Assembly: GCA_965227295.1 (NCBI GenBank)
Contig: OZ245742.1
Location: 4,704,001-4,768,000, forward strand
Direction: 5' to 3'
Source of the DNA: Leptonemataceae bacterium
GTDB taxonomy: Bacteria > Spirochaetota > Leptospiria > Leptospirales > Leptonemataceae
Length of the DNA: 64,000 nt
The position numbers were made by a program, and so were the translations under genes. A model generated the notes under the pieces. That model was not told the origin of the DNA. It made no database searches and saw nothing but the letters and a program-made list of their open reading frames with translations. This document shows positions 10,564 through 19,895 of this stretch, one piece after another. The first letter of the stretch is position 1. Every line of letters starts with the position of its first letter.

Positions 10564-13152
10564 ATGCTTCGTGAGCACATCAAATTCAAGAACGCGTACA
10601 GCCTCGTACTGCGGCCGCAGCTTCACAACCTGATCGGCAACGGCCACGGCCCGCGCTACTTTGAGAAGCAGGTCAGCTTGTGGAAAGACCGGGGATTAAA
10701 GACGCTCTTTCTCCTCACGCCGCCCCCGTCCCCCGCCAACGAAACGCTCCAGGGCCTGTCGAAGACCTGTGAAGCGTCCGGGCTCCGACTGGAGTATCTG
10801 GACCCGGAAGCAATCCAGGCAGCCGCAACCGGCAATGACTTTGTCCCGATTCAGGCAGCGAGCCGCAGACTGGAGGATGCCCTGCGCCGCGGCCACGTGC
10901 TGCTCCTCTGCGGAGAGCCTCGGGATGGTCCCGGCCCGCCCGTGGAGACCGTGCTTTTGCTGATTTTGCTCGGAATGCGCGCGTTTCGCCGTCTATCCGT
11001 GGACCGGACGGTCCGATATATATTGAACCGGGAGCCGGATGCGGACGTCGATTCTGCTATAAGTAGGTATAAACAATTCCTTGACCAGGGTTTCGAAGGA
11101 TCACAAAATCCCCCGGTAGAGGAATCTTCACCCACACTGCTGCCGGCGGCCGGGAAAACCGAGGGCCAGGCCCGGACAGCCACCAGGCCCCAGGAAGAGA
11201 GTGTAATGAATACAGCGCAGGACCAGAGCGCCGAAGAAAACATGCCCGCTGCCGGCCCCGGGTCGACCGACGCGGCCCCGGCGGGCGACGGCCAGGAACA
11301 GGCTCAGACGGAATTTCAGGGATCTCGATTCACCATCAAGGTCAAGATGCTCACCATCATCTCGGCGGTGATGGTGAGCGCCCTGGGCGTGATGATCTTT
11401 CTCGCGTCGTCTTACTTCCGGCAGACCGCCGAGGATCAGGTCAACGCGAACAACTTCAATCTGGCCAACGTGATCGGCTCCCGCATGGAGTCCGAACTCA
11501 ACTCCATGCGCTACAAGGCCAACCTCCTCGCGCTGACGGTGGACCAGAGCATCGGCAGCCCGGAACAGCGCGATCTCTTCGTGCGTCTCTTCTTCGAGGA
11601 TAACCCGGACTTCCTCATGCTGCTGGTCGCGGATCGCGCCGGGGACGGCATGCGCGTGCGACGGCAGTTGTTCAACGATACCTACCTGACCGCCAGCGAC
11701 GAACTGGATCGCACGAAGCTACTGAACGTGCACGGTTCTAATTCGCAGGCCTTCATGAAATCCTTCAACGGTGCCTTCGTCGTACACAACGCTTCCGTGG
11801 ATGTGCCGATCATTGCCATCAGCCAGCCGCTCGGTGCGTCCATCATCATCCTCTACATGGACCCGGCGCAATTCCTCCAGGCCTTCCAGACGGAGGGTAT
11901 CGTCGAAACGTTCATGGTCAACGAACAGGGGGATGTGATCGCTCACCAGGATTCCCGGCGCGTCCTTTCCCGGGTGAACCTGATTGATCTGCCCATCGTG
12001 AAGAACCTGCTCGAAAGCCCGGTGGACGAAGGCCAGTCCCGCTACGTGGAGAGCGCGAGCGGAGATTATTATCTGGGCTCGTACGCAAAGCTCGGCATCG
12101 GCGGACTCGGCATCATCTCCACCGTTCCGGAAAACAAAGCCTATCAAGTCGTGGATAGCATTCAGACACGCAACCTGTTGATCGCGGTCATCGTTACGGC
12201 GGTGGCGTTTTTGATCGTCTACTTCTTCGCAAACTCTCTCGCGGTACCCATTGTGAATCTGGTGGGCGCCACGCGCAAAATCGCCCGCGCCGAATTCGAC
12301 ATCGATCTGAAGCCCACCACTCGCGACGAGGTCGGTGAACTCACGCATTCGTTCACACACATGGCCGGCGGCCTCGCGGAACGCGAACGCGCCAAAGACG
12401 CGCTCACCAAGTTCGTAAACAAACAGATCGCGGACCTGGCCCTGAGCGGAAAGATCAAACTCGGCGGGGAAACGAAAGAAGCGGCGGTCTTCTTCAGCGA
12501 CCTGCGCGGCTTTACGGCCATGTCGGAGAACATGGCACCGGAAGAGGTGGTCGCCTATCTCAACGAGTACTTCACCGGTATGGTTTCCGCCGTGAACAAG
12601 ACCCACGGCATCGTAGATAAGTTCATCGGCGACGCGGTCATGGCGCACTGGGGCGCGTTCGGCTCCCAGGGAAACAACACCGAAAACGCCATCAACGGCG
12701 CGCTGCTCATGCGCACGGCCATCCTGGAATTCAACAAACGCAGCGCGGGGCAACGGCCTTTCGCGAAACAGGGCTGCGGCATCAATACCGGCAATGTGGT
12801 CTCGGGGCAGATCGGTTCCGAGGAACGCTTCGAGTTTACCGTAATCGGTGACACCGTGAACCTCGCCAGCCGGATCGAGGCGCTGAACAAGCCGTTCGGC
12901 ACGGACATCCTGATTTCTCAGGACAGCTACGATCACGTCAAAGGCATCTTCAAAGTAGAACCCATGCCGGCCATTAAGGTCAAGGGCAAGGCCGAGCCGC
13001 AGACGATTTACGCGGTTGTCGGCCGGAACGACGATCCGAACTGCCCGAAGGACCTGGACGCCGTCCGGGAAATGCTGGGCATCGATTTCGATAAATCCAA
13101 AATGGTGGATCCGGACGCCAAAGAAGAAAAATTCCAGGTGGTGGGGCAATAA
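10564..13152 (+). CDS. Membrane class III adenylate cyclase (N-terminal phosphatase-like extension, 2 TM, Cache-like periplasmic domain, HAMP, cyclase)
   Basis: FFSDLRGFT, DKFIGDAVM, GINTG, FTVIGDTVNLASRIE, VKGK; HAMP (PIVNL..AT..DEVGEL); alternative start ATG 11206. Confidence 0.92.
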   Translation: MLREHIKFKNAYSLVLRPQLHNLIGNGHGPRYFEKQVSLWKDRGLKTLFLLTPPPSPANETLQGLSKTCEASGLRLEYLDPEAIQAAATGNDFVPIQAASRRLEDALRRGHVLLLCGEPRDGPGPPVETVLLLILLGMRAFRRLSVDRTVRYILNREPDADVDSAISRYKQFLDQGFEGSQNPPVEESSPTLLPAAGKTEGQARTATRPQEESVMNTAQDQSAEENMPAAGPGSTDAAPAGDGQEQAQTEFQGSRFTIKVKMLTIISAVMVSALGVMIFLASSYFRQTAEDQVNANNFNLANVIGSRMESELNSMRYKANLLALTVDQSIGSPEQRDLFVRLFFEDNPDFLMLLVADRAGDGMRVRRQLFNDTYLTASDELDRTKLLNVHGSNSQAFMKSFNGAFVVHNASVDVPIIAISQPLGASIIILYMDPAQFLQAFQTEGIVETFMVNEQGDVIAHQDSRRVLSRVNLIDLPIVKNLLESPVDEGQSRYVESASGDYYLGSYAKLGIGGLGIISTVPENKAYQVVDSIQTRNLLIAVIVTAVAFLIVYFFANSLAVPIVNLVGATRKIARAEFDIDLKPTTRDEVGELTHSFTHMAGGLAERERAKDALTKFVNKQIADLALSGKIKLGGETKEAAVFFSDLRGFTAMSENMAPEEVVAYLNEYFTGMVSAVNKTHGIVDKFIGDAVMAHWGAFGSQGNNTENAINGALLMRTAILEFNKRSAGQRPFAKQGCGINTGNVVSGQIGSEERFEFTVIGDTVNLASRIEALNKPFGTDILISQDSYDHVKGIFKVEPMPAIKVKGKAEPQTIYAVVGRNDDPNCPKDLDAVREMLGIDFDKSKMVDPDAKEEKFQVVGQ

Positions 13153-13245
13153 TTCGCGCGGACAGGCCGTCGAATCCGTCGTCCCGGACAGCGTTGTTCC
13201 CGGGCGGGGGAATCAGCGCTTTGCGCCGATAATGGAACATAGATC

Positions 13246-15396
13246 ATGCTCTACTTCAGCCGAACAGACTCCTACGTCGTAGGCGCGTGCGCCGCGGTCG
13301 TCTTTGTGGCGGGCACCCTGCTCTACCTCGAATCCAACCGCCGGGTGCAGGCGGGCGGCGAAGAGATCGGACGCCTGGCCCAGGTTACGAACATCGCCCA
13401 GCGCAAGTACGCCGACCAGGTAATCTGGGAGTCCCTGGAGAACGACATCCCGGTCTACAACAAGGACAGCATCCGTACCGGGGATTACTCCCGCGCACGA
13501 GTCCGCCTCGCGGACGGTACCGAAATCGAAATCGCCGAGAACAGCATGATCGTGCTGAATATTTCCGACGCGGCCACGGATATTAATTTCGCCTACGGTT
13601 CCATTAATGCGAAGCGCGGCCAGGATGGTACCGGCGGGGGCGGAGGGGCGCTGAACATCACGTCCGAGGATAAGATCATTACCATCGATGACAGCAGCGA
13701 TTCGGACATTCAACTGAACAAGGGCGATGATAGTGCGGCCCTCGACGTCGTGGTGAACTCCGGCGAAGCCACCGTACAAACGGAATCCGGTCAGGCCACG
13801 ACCATCGGCAAGGACGAGCGCGCCTCGCTCTCCGGCGAAACCATCGAAGTGCGCAAGATCAGTCTGCGCCCGCAGGGTCCCGGGGCCGGCGCACAGATCT
13901 TCCTCGAAGGCCGCGCGAACACCACCAACGTAAGTTTTACCTGGGATTCCGTACAGGGCAATCCCACCGTCCGCCTGGCGGTCTCTCGCAAACGTGACTT
14001 CTCGCAGATCGTTCTCGATCGCAGCGTACGCGGCACGCGCGCCGGCGGCAATCTCGGCCAGGGCACCTACTACTGGCGCCTCTCCGCAAAGAACAACGCC
14101 GGTCAGACGGACTACAGCGAGGTCCGCACGCTTTCCGTCCTGCGCAACACGCCGTTGTCCCTGCAGGCACCTGCGTCGGGACGCTCCTTCGATTACGTAA
14201 ACAATCCGCCGTTCATCAACTTCTCGTGGAGCGAAAACGAACTCGCGGACTCCTACGTCGTAGAAGTCGCCCGGGATCGCGCGTTTCGCAATATCGTGCA
14301 GGCGCGGACCGTCCGCGTGCGGTCCACGTCGCTGTCTGTCGAAGAAGGCAACTACTTCTGGCGCGTGCGTACTCAGAGCGATATCGGCGGCGGCAGTGTT
14401 GTGAGCCCGCCCAATTCCATTCGCGTCGTTCGTAGGGAAAAGGTTCCGGCACCGGAACCCATCGCTCCGGTCGGAGGGCGCACCATCGCCCGGATCCTCC
14501 TGGCCAAAGAAGGGGCCGTATTCAGCTGGCGCAAGACCGCGGACATCCGCCGCACCGAAGTCCAGATCGCCCGGGACTCCGGCTTCAGCGACATCGTGCA
14601 ACGCCGGGAAACCGCAAACAACTACGCGAACATCCGCGCCGATCTTCCGGAGGGTACCTACTACTGGCGCCTGCGCGGGACCGATCGGGCGGGAACGCCG
14701 ACGGACTTTTCTTCTTCCGCATCGTTCAACGTGGGCGCCACCGAACGCCTGTCGCTCGTCACGCCGGCGAACGGAGCCGGCCTGGACCTGCAGGGCGTGG
14801 CCCGGGGCGGCGTGGACTTCCGCTGGAAGAAGCCCGAAATTCCCGGCAACTTCGAACTGATCATCCACCAGAACGAGGACTTCAACGGCAAGGCTGTGGT
14901 CGTGCAACGTCTGCCCGGGATCAACAGTCGGGTGACGCGTCTGAATCAGGGGACGTACTTCTGGAAAGTCCGCCTGCTCGGACCGAGCGGGGACATTCTA
15001 ACCGAGAGCGATTCCCGGAGCTTCAACATCAGCGACTCCCTGGAAGTTCCCGTTGCCATCTTCCCCGGTACCAACGCTACCGTGGACGTAACCAACCTGG
15101 CGAATCTGACCCTGCGCTGGCGACAATCCGGCGGCGCTTACTACGAAATCACGCTGAGTGACGCGCGCGGCCGGCGCATTCTTCAGGACCGGGTAAACCG
15201 CAGCGAATTTACCGTTCGCGACCTCACCGTACTTTCGGAAGGCAGGGTCAACTGGGCCGTGAAGGCCTGCCACTCCGACGGCGAGTGTTCGCCGGCCATG
15301 CAGAACTCGTTTGCCCTGACGGCAAAGAAGTTACAACCACCGGAAAGCACGACGCCGGACCGTCTCTACGTCATCGATACCGAAGAGCTGGAGTAA
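13246..15396 (+). CDS. FecR-domain membrane-anchored protein with ~5 tandem Fn3/Ig-like modules
   Basis: N-terminal TM; FecR-type motif DSIRTGDYSRARVRLADGTEIEIAENS; repeated G.Y[YF]W[RK][VL] modules. Confidence 0.85.
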   Translation: MLYFSRTDSYVVGACAAVVFVAGTLLYLESNRRVQAGGEEIGRLAQVTNIAQRKYADQVIWESLENDIPVYNKDSIRTGDYSRARVRLADGTEIEIAENSMIVLNISDAATDINFAYGSINAKRGQDGTGGGGGALNITSEDKIITIDDSSDSDIQLNKGDDSAALDVVVNSGEATVQTESGQATTIGKDERASLSGETIEVRKISLRPQGPGAGAQIFLEGRANTTNVSFTWDSVQGNPTVRLAVSRKRDFSQIVLDRSVRGTRAGGNLGQGTYYWRLSAKNNAGQTDYSEVRTLSVLRNTPLSLQAPASGRSFDYVNNPPFINFSWSENELADSYVVEVARDRAFRNIVQARTVRVRSTSLSVEEGNYFWRVRTQSDIGGGSVVSPPNSIRVVRREKVPAPEPIAPVGGRTIARILLAKEGAVFSWRKTADIRRTEVQIARDSGFSDIVQRRETANNYANIRADLPEGTYYWRLRGTDRAGTPTDFSSSASFNVGATERLSLVTPANGAGLDLQGVARGGVDFRWKKPEIPGNFELIIHQNEDFNGKAVVVQRLPGINSRVTRLNQGTYFWKVRLLGPSGDILTESDSRSFNISDSLEVPVAIFPGTNATVDVTNLANLTLRWRQSGGAYYEITLSDARGRRILQDRVNRSEFTVRDLTVLSEGRVNWAVKACHSDGECSPAMQNSFALTAKKLQPPESTTPDRLYVIDTEELE

Positions 15397-15406
15397 GCTG
15401 CTCCAC

Positions 15407-17077
15407 ATGAAGCCTGCACGCATCCATTGTACAACTCTCTACGCCGCCGGACTGGCCGTCACGTTGACCCTTCTGGCCGGCCCGCTTACGGCTCAGGACG
15501 ATCCCCGCGCCGTGCGTCTTTCCTGGCGTCCGGTGGTCGGAGCGAGCGGCTACATCATCCAGATTCGCGACGGGCGCGAGAATATGGTGGAGGATCAACG
15601 CACGGCCGGTACTGCCGTCGTCGTTCGACTGAATCCCGGGAAGTACGAGCAACGTTTGGCGGCACTGAACCGCCTGGGCTCCCCCGGTCCCTTCACGGCC
15701 TGGCGGAGTCTCACCGTAAAATCCACGCGCACGCCGCTCGTGGGGGCCATCCGTCCGCAGGGGGAACCGGCGGCGGACGGTTCACGACTCATCGCCATCA
15801 ACGGAAAACATTTCACCGAAGACACTCAGATCTTCTTACAGGTGCCCGGTCAGAGTCGCCAGGAAGTGGACGTCGACCAGGCCTCGGAATCGCGGATCAT
15901 CGTGCGTCTGCGGCCGAACCAGATACCCGACGGCGAGTACGATATCCTCGTACAGAATCCGCGCGGTCTGAACAAGAGCCGACCGGACAGCGTTGCCGTG
16001 GTGAATCGTAAGATTGAAATCCCGGAAGCAGCCCGGGAACAGCCCGAGGAACTGGCCGACCAGGAGACCGAAATCGACTCCGGTGGCGATCCGGAGGATC
16101 CGGACGAACGCGAACCGGGAACGGCCGGCAGCCTGGCCTCGCTGGTGCCCGGCCTGCCCGCCTTCCAGCGCGGCGACAACGAGACCGGCGGCCTCTGGGC
16201 CGGCGCCTTCGGCGGCATGATCCTGGCGAGCATGGCGGAGTACGAGGCGGCGAATGTCCGCAGGCGGAACTTCGAACGCACCCCGCTGTACCAATATTTT
16301 AATAATCCGGCCATATTTTCATCGACAATCACCGTCGGTCAGATCAGCGCATTGACTGTTGCCGGAGCCGGCCTGTACTATTTACGCGAGCAGTCCGACG
16401 TCGAGCGGAGCTACGGCATCCGCCAGCGCAATCAGTTGTATCTGGGCACGGCGGCGACGCTGACCTGGGGCGCGCACTTCTACTGGGAAAACCGGGATCG
16501 CTGGCGGACGAGCCATCTGGTTCCGGGCATGAGTCACTTCAATCGCGGACAGAACGTGCGCGGCGCTGTGTGGCTCGGCAGCATTGCGGCCACGGGCATC
16601 TTCGCGGCTTCGGAATTTCAGCGGGCCGATTTGCAGTTCAATGCCATCGAATCCAATATCACCGGCCGCGTGTTTTCGAATCCGGTTCTGGCCTTCGGCG
16701 CGGCGACGGCCATTGGTGCGAATGTGGGCTCGGCCGCCCTCATTTACGGTAACGCCGGTTCACAGCTCGCCCGCAAGCAGGGCCGCGCCGAAGAGACCCG
16801 GCGCGGCGCAAATTACGCGGCGGCCCTGTTCGCGGCGCTTTACTTCGGCCAGGTCGTGGATGCGACGATCGGCGGCGGCGCGCCGGTTCCGGCCGTGCAG
16901 GCGCTACCGGCGGAGTCCGATTCGTACCAACCCTATGCTTCGGCAACGGACTCACCCGGCTCCGGTGAGTTTACGAAAATCGGTACACTCTACGTTGAAA
17001 ACGGCGACGTGTTCGTACGGGCCCGCGAAGGCCAGGAAGACGTTCAGGAAGTTCGCTTCGACGTTCTGCGTTACTGA
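15407..17077 (+). CDS. Exported protein: Fn3-like + IPT/Ig-like domains and two DUF5683-like hydrophobic repeats
   Basis: Signal peptide; LSWRPVVGASGYIIQIRD; INGKHF; GEYDILVQNP; repeated S.LVPG...F.RG...G..W; third gene of module 1. Confidence 0.65.
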   Translation: MKPARIHCTTLYAAGLAVTLTLLAGPLTAQDDPRAVRLSWRPVVGASGYIIQIRDGRENMVEDQRTAGTAVVVRLNPGKYEQRLAALNRLGSPGPFTAWRSLTVKSTRTPLVGAIRPQGEPAADGSRLIAINGKHFTEDTQIFLQVPGQSRQEVDVDQASESRIIVRLRPNQIPDGEYDILVQNPRGLNKSRPDSVAVVNRKIEIPEAAREQPEELADQETEIDSGGDPEDPDEREPGTAGSLASLVPGLPAFQRGDNETGGLWAGAFGGMILASMAEYEAANVRRRNFERTPLYQYFNNPAIFSSTITVGQISALTVAGAGLYYLREQSDVERSYGIRQRNQLYLGTAATLTWGAHFYWENRDRWRTSHLVPGMSHFNRGQNVRGAVWLGSIAATGIFAASEFQRADLQFNAIESNITGRVFSNPVLAFGAATAIGANVGSAALIYGNAGSQLARKQGRAEETRRGANYAAALFAALYFGQVVDATIGGGAPVPAVQALPAESDSYQPYASATDSPGSGEFTKIGTLYVENGDVFVRAREGQEDVQEVRFDVLRY

Positions 17078-18072
17078 ATAAACTGCGGCGCCGGTTCCGG
17101 AGGATGCTTCTCGAAACCGATCCGCCACACGGCCGTTCCTTTCAATCGAAACTCCCGGGCAAGCTGCGTCATGCGCGCATACGTGTAAGCATCGGAGAAA
17201 TACACCGTACGATCCTTGCGGTTCACGCGTAAAACGCCGGCGTCGCTGCGTTCACATCCGAAACGTTCGCACTGTTCGAGGCCGCCCGCTTCCGTGACGA
17301 TGCGCGGCCGGCGTCGCCCGGCTTCCCAGCTGTAGCCGTACGAGGGAATGCCCAGGTACACCTTCTCGCGCGGCCAGTCCTCAAGAGCGATCTCCAGGTT
17401 CTGCCGGGCCCAGTAGAGATGCGTCACCGGCCCCGGTTTGTAGAAGTGATAGTCGTAGGTCATGAAGACGACCTCGTCCACGTACGGTTCGATGCGTCGC
17501 GCATCCCAGAAAGCCTGCTCTTCCGGCGTGCCGTGCAGCGGCGGAAAGGCGGCGATGCTGAGCGAACGACCGTCCAGGCGCTCGCGCAATTCATCAAGAA
17601 AGGCAACGTAACCGTCGGTGCTTTCGGCCGTGAGAAACTCGAAGTCGATATGCAGCCCGTCGTAGCCTCTCACGCGGACAAGCTTCGATAGTGCGTGAGC
17701 GGCGCGTGTGCGGGATTGCGGATGGCGCAGCAGCGCGGCCCCGTCCTTCGCCCCACGCAGAGAGATCAGCGGCACCAGACGTCGTGTGACTGACTGTTTG
17801 CGCCAGGAAGTTAAGAGTTTCCGCTCCGATTCCCGCAAGTCCGGCCGCCGGTAGAGTTCCCCGCGCGCGTTGAGACGATAGACGCCGACACAGAGGACGT
17901 CGAACGGGCTCAGGCGTTCCGAAGCGTGACCGGCCCGAAACGAGGCGGGAATCGCATAGCCCCACTGCACAAGTTGATGAGACGCGTCCCCGGAACCGGC
18001 GGGCCCGCAGGCGAGGCCGACCGCGAACAGGGCCGCGGGGACACTGCCGCCGAAGCGCGCGGCGAACGTCAC
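17071..18072 (-). CDS. Glycoside hydrolase family 18 protein (possible lipoprotein)
   Basis: GYDGLHIDFE (variant of DxxDxDxE), MTYDYH, PGPV, LGIPSYGYSW, GTAVWRIG. Confidence 0.85.
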   Translation of the reverse strand: MTFAARFGGSVPAALFAVGLACGPAGSGDASHQLVQWGYAIPASFRAGHASERLSPFDVLCVGVYRLNARGELYRRPDLRESERKLLTSWRKQSVTRRLVPLISLRGAKDGAALLRHPQSRTRAAHALSKLVRVRGYDGLHIDFEFLTAESTDGYVAFLDELRERLDGRSLSIAAFPPLHGTPEEQAFWDARRIEPYVDEVVFMTYDYHFYKPGPVTHLYWARQNLEIALEDWPREKVYLGIPSYGYSWEAGRRRPRIVTEAGGLEQCERFGCERSDAGVLRVNRKDRTVYFSDAYTYARMTQLAREFRLKGTAVWRIGFEKHPPEPAPQFIQ

Positions 18073-18461
18073 GGCCGGACCGCGGCCCGGATTTCCGGAT
18101 CGACCTGTTTGCCGATCTTCGCCTGCCCGCTGAAATCTTCGCCGATCAACAGATTCACGGTAACGCCGTCGCCTTCGATGATATCGCCGTGCAGTACGTT
18201 GATCGTCGCGGGGCCGCGCGTAACAACGCCGCGCATGACATTAATCCAGAGCGTGCGGTTCTTTTTGCCGCGAATATCGCCTTCGAGATAGTCGATGGAC
18301 ACGCCCTTAACGTCGATGACGTCGCCGCGGACGTACGTGAAGTCCCGCCCGCGCACGCCGGCGAGCACGCCCTCGTGCACGGTGATGTCGGGGCTCTCCT
18401 GCGTGCCCGACGGACAGTGGAACATGAAAAGCAGTGTCGAGAGTATGAGTAATCGTTTCAT
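18069..18461 (-). CDS. Small hypothetical lipoprotein with Gly-periodic beta repeats
   Basis: MKRLLILSTLLFMFHC lipoprotein-type signal; ATG overlaps the plsX stop and its stop overlaps the GH18 start. Confidence 0.65.
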   Translation of the reverse strand: MKRLLILSTLLFMFHCPSGTQESPDITVHEGVLAGVRGRDFTYVRGDVIDVKGVSIDYLEGDIRGKKNRTLWINVMRGVVTRGPATINVLHGDIIEGDGVTVNLLIGEDFSGQAKIGKQVDPEIRAAVRP

Positions 18462-19459
18462 CCGTATTGTTTGATCTCCTCGGCGATCTTTTCCGAGAGG
18501 TTGTTCTGCGCAAAGTTCATGACCGTGGCCACGGCGTTCTTGTAGGCCTGAGCGTTGGAGCTGCCGTGGCCGATCAGACAATTCCCGTTCACGCCCAGCA
18601 GCGGCGCGCCGCCGTACTCCGTGTAGTCCATGCGTTTTTTGATCATCTGCAATGTGGGCTTGAGCATGTACGCGCCCGTGCGTCCGAGCGCCGTTTGATC
18701 GATGCCCTGCTTCATGAGATTGAAGATGCTGCGCGCGAGGCCCTCCGTCGCCTTGAGGACGATATTGCCCATGAAGCCGTCGCAGATGACGACGTCCGCC
18801 GAACGCCCGCCGCCGTAGAGATCCCGGCCTTCGATGTTGCCGAGAAAGTTGTACGGTAGTTTCTTTAACGCGTCGTAGGCGGTGAGTGTGACGTAGTTAC
18901 CCTTTTTCGATTCCTCGCCGTTCGACAGCAGGGCCAGGCGCGGCTCTTTGATCTTCCAGATTTCCCGCGCGTAGACCTGGCCCATGATGCCGAACTGCAC
19001 GAGCCAGGGGGCCTTGCAATCGACGTTCGCCCCGGAATCCAGGAGCAACGTGGTACCGCCGTCTTCTCGCGGAATGGGCGACGCAATGGACGGCCGATCG
19101 ACGCCCTTGATGCGACCGAGTTCCCACATGGCCGCGGCCATGGTGGCGCCGGTGTTACCGGGGGAAAAGAAGCCGGCCGCGCGGCCCTCTTTGACCAGAC
19201 GGGCTGCAACCATGACCGAGCAGCGGGGTTTGGCACGCACGGCCTTCGCCGGGGACTCGTGCATGCCGATGACGTCGTCGGAGGGGACAATGTCCACGGA
19301 ATCCGTGGGGCCATGAAATCGCAGCAGGGCGTCACCGACGACGTCTTCCTCGCCGACCAGCAGGACCTTTGCGCCGAAATCGCGGGCGGCCTGGACGGCC
19401 CCATGGACCGCGGTTTCCACCCCGGTTTCCCCGCTCATCACATCGACGGCAATCCACAC
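18458..19459 (-). CDS. plsX: Phosphate acyltransferase PlsX
   Basis: IAVDVMSG, SPGNTGA, LLDSGAN, SNGEESKKG, CDGFMGNIVLKATEG, YGGAPLLG, GHGSS. Confidence 0.96.
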   Translation of the reverse strand: MWIAVDVMSGETGVETAVHGAVQAARDFGAKVLLVGEEDVVGDALLRFHGPTDSVDIVPSDDVIGMHESPAKAVRAKPRCSVMVAARLVKEGRAAGFFSPGNTGATMAAAMWELGRIKGVDRPSIASPIPREDGGTTLLLDSGANVDCKAPWLVQFGIMGQVYAREIWKIKEPRLALLSNGEESKKGNYVTLTAYDALKKLPYNFLGNIEGRDLYGGGRSADVVICDGFMGNIVLKATEGLARSIFNLMKQGIDQTALGRTGAYMLKPTLQMIKKRMDYTEYGGAPLLGVNGNCLIGHGSSNAQAYKNAVATVMNFAQNNLSEKIAEEIKQYG

Positions 19460-19541
19460 AGACCGACGCTACGGAGACGATGGTTCCCGCACAAGTACAA
19501 TCGCAAAATAGTGGATGATGGGTCGGTACTGTCGTTGCGCC

Positions 19542-19736
19542 TTAGTTCGCTTCGCCGCGAACCTTCGGAGCCATGACCACGCGGTCTTTGTACCAGCCGC
19601 ACTCGGGACAAAGGCGGTGGCCCATGACGAAGGCCCCGCAATTTTTGCAGGGGACGAGGTGCGGACGGCCGATGGCGTGGTGGGCCCGGCGCTGGCGCTT
19701 TTTCTGGAGGGATGTCTTTCTCTTGGGTACTGCCAT
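19542..19736 (-). CDS. rpmF: 50S ribosomal protein L32
   Basis: MAVPKRKTS...CKNCG...HRLCPECGWYK; 64 aa; upstream of plsX. Confidence 0.97.
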   Translation of the reverse strand: MAVPKRKTSLQKKRQRRAHHAIGRPHLVPCKNCGAFVMGHRLCPECGWYKDRVVMAPKVRGEAN

Positions 19737-19895
19737 CGGAATCGCTTCGCTGTTTACAAAGATGAATGCAGGCTGCACGATTTTCGAGAAGGCCTCTGCG
19801 GTCAAGCGCGATCCCGGGAAATATGCACGAAAGGTGCCGCGTATGGGCGACGCTGTTGACAGCCTCAGGGCCGGCCGGCCTGTATCCTCATAAGC

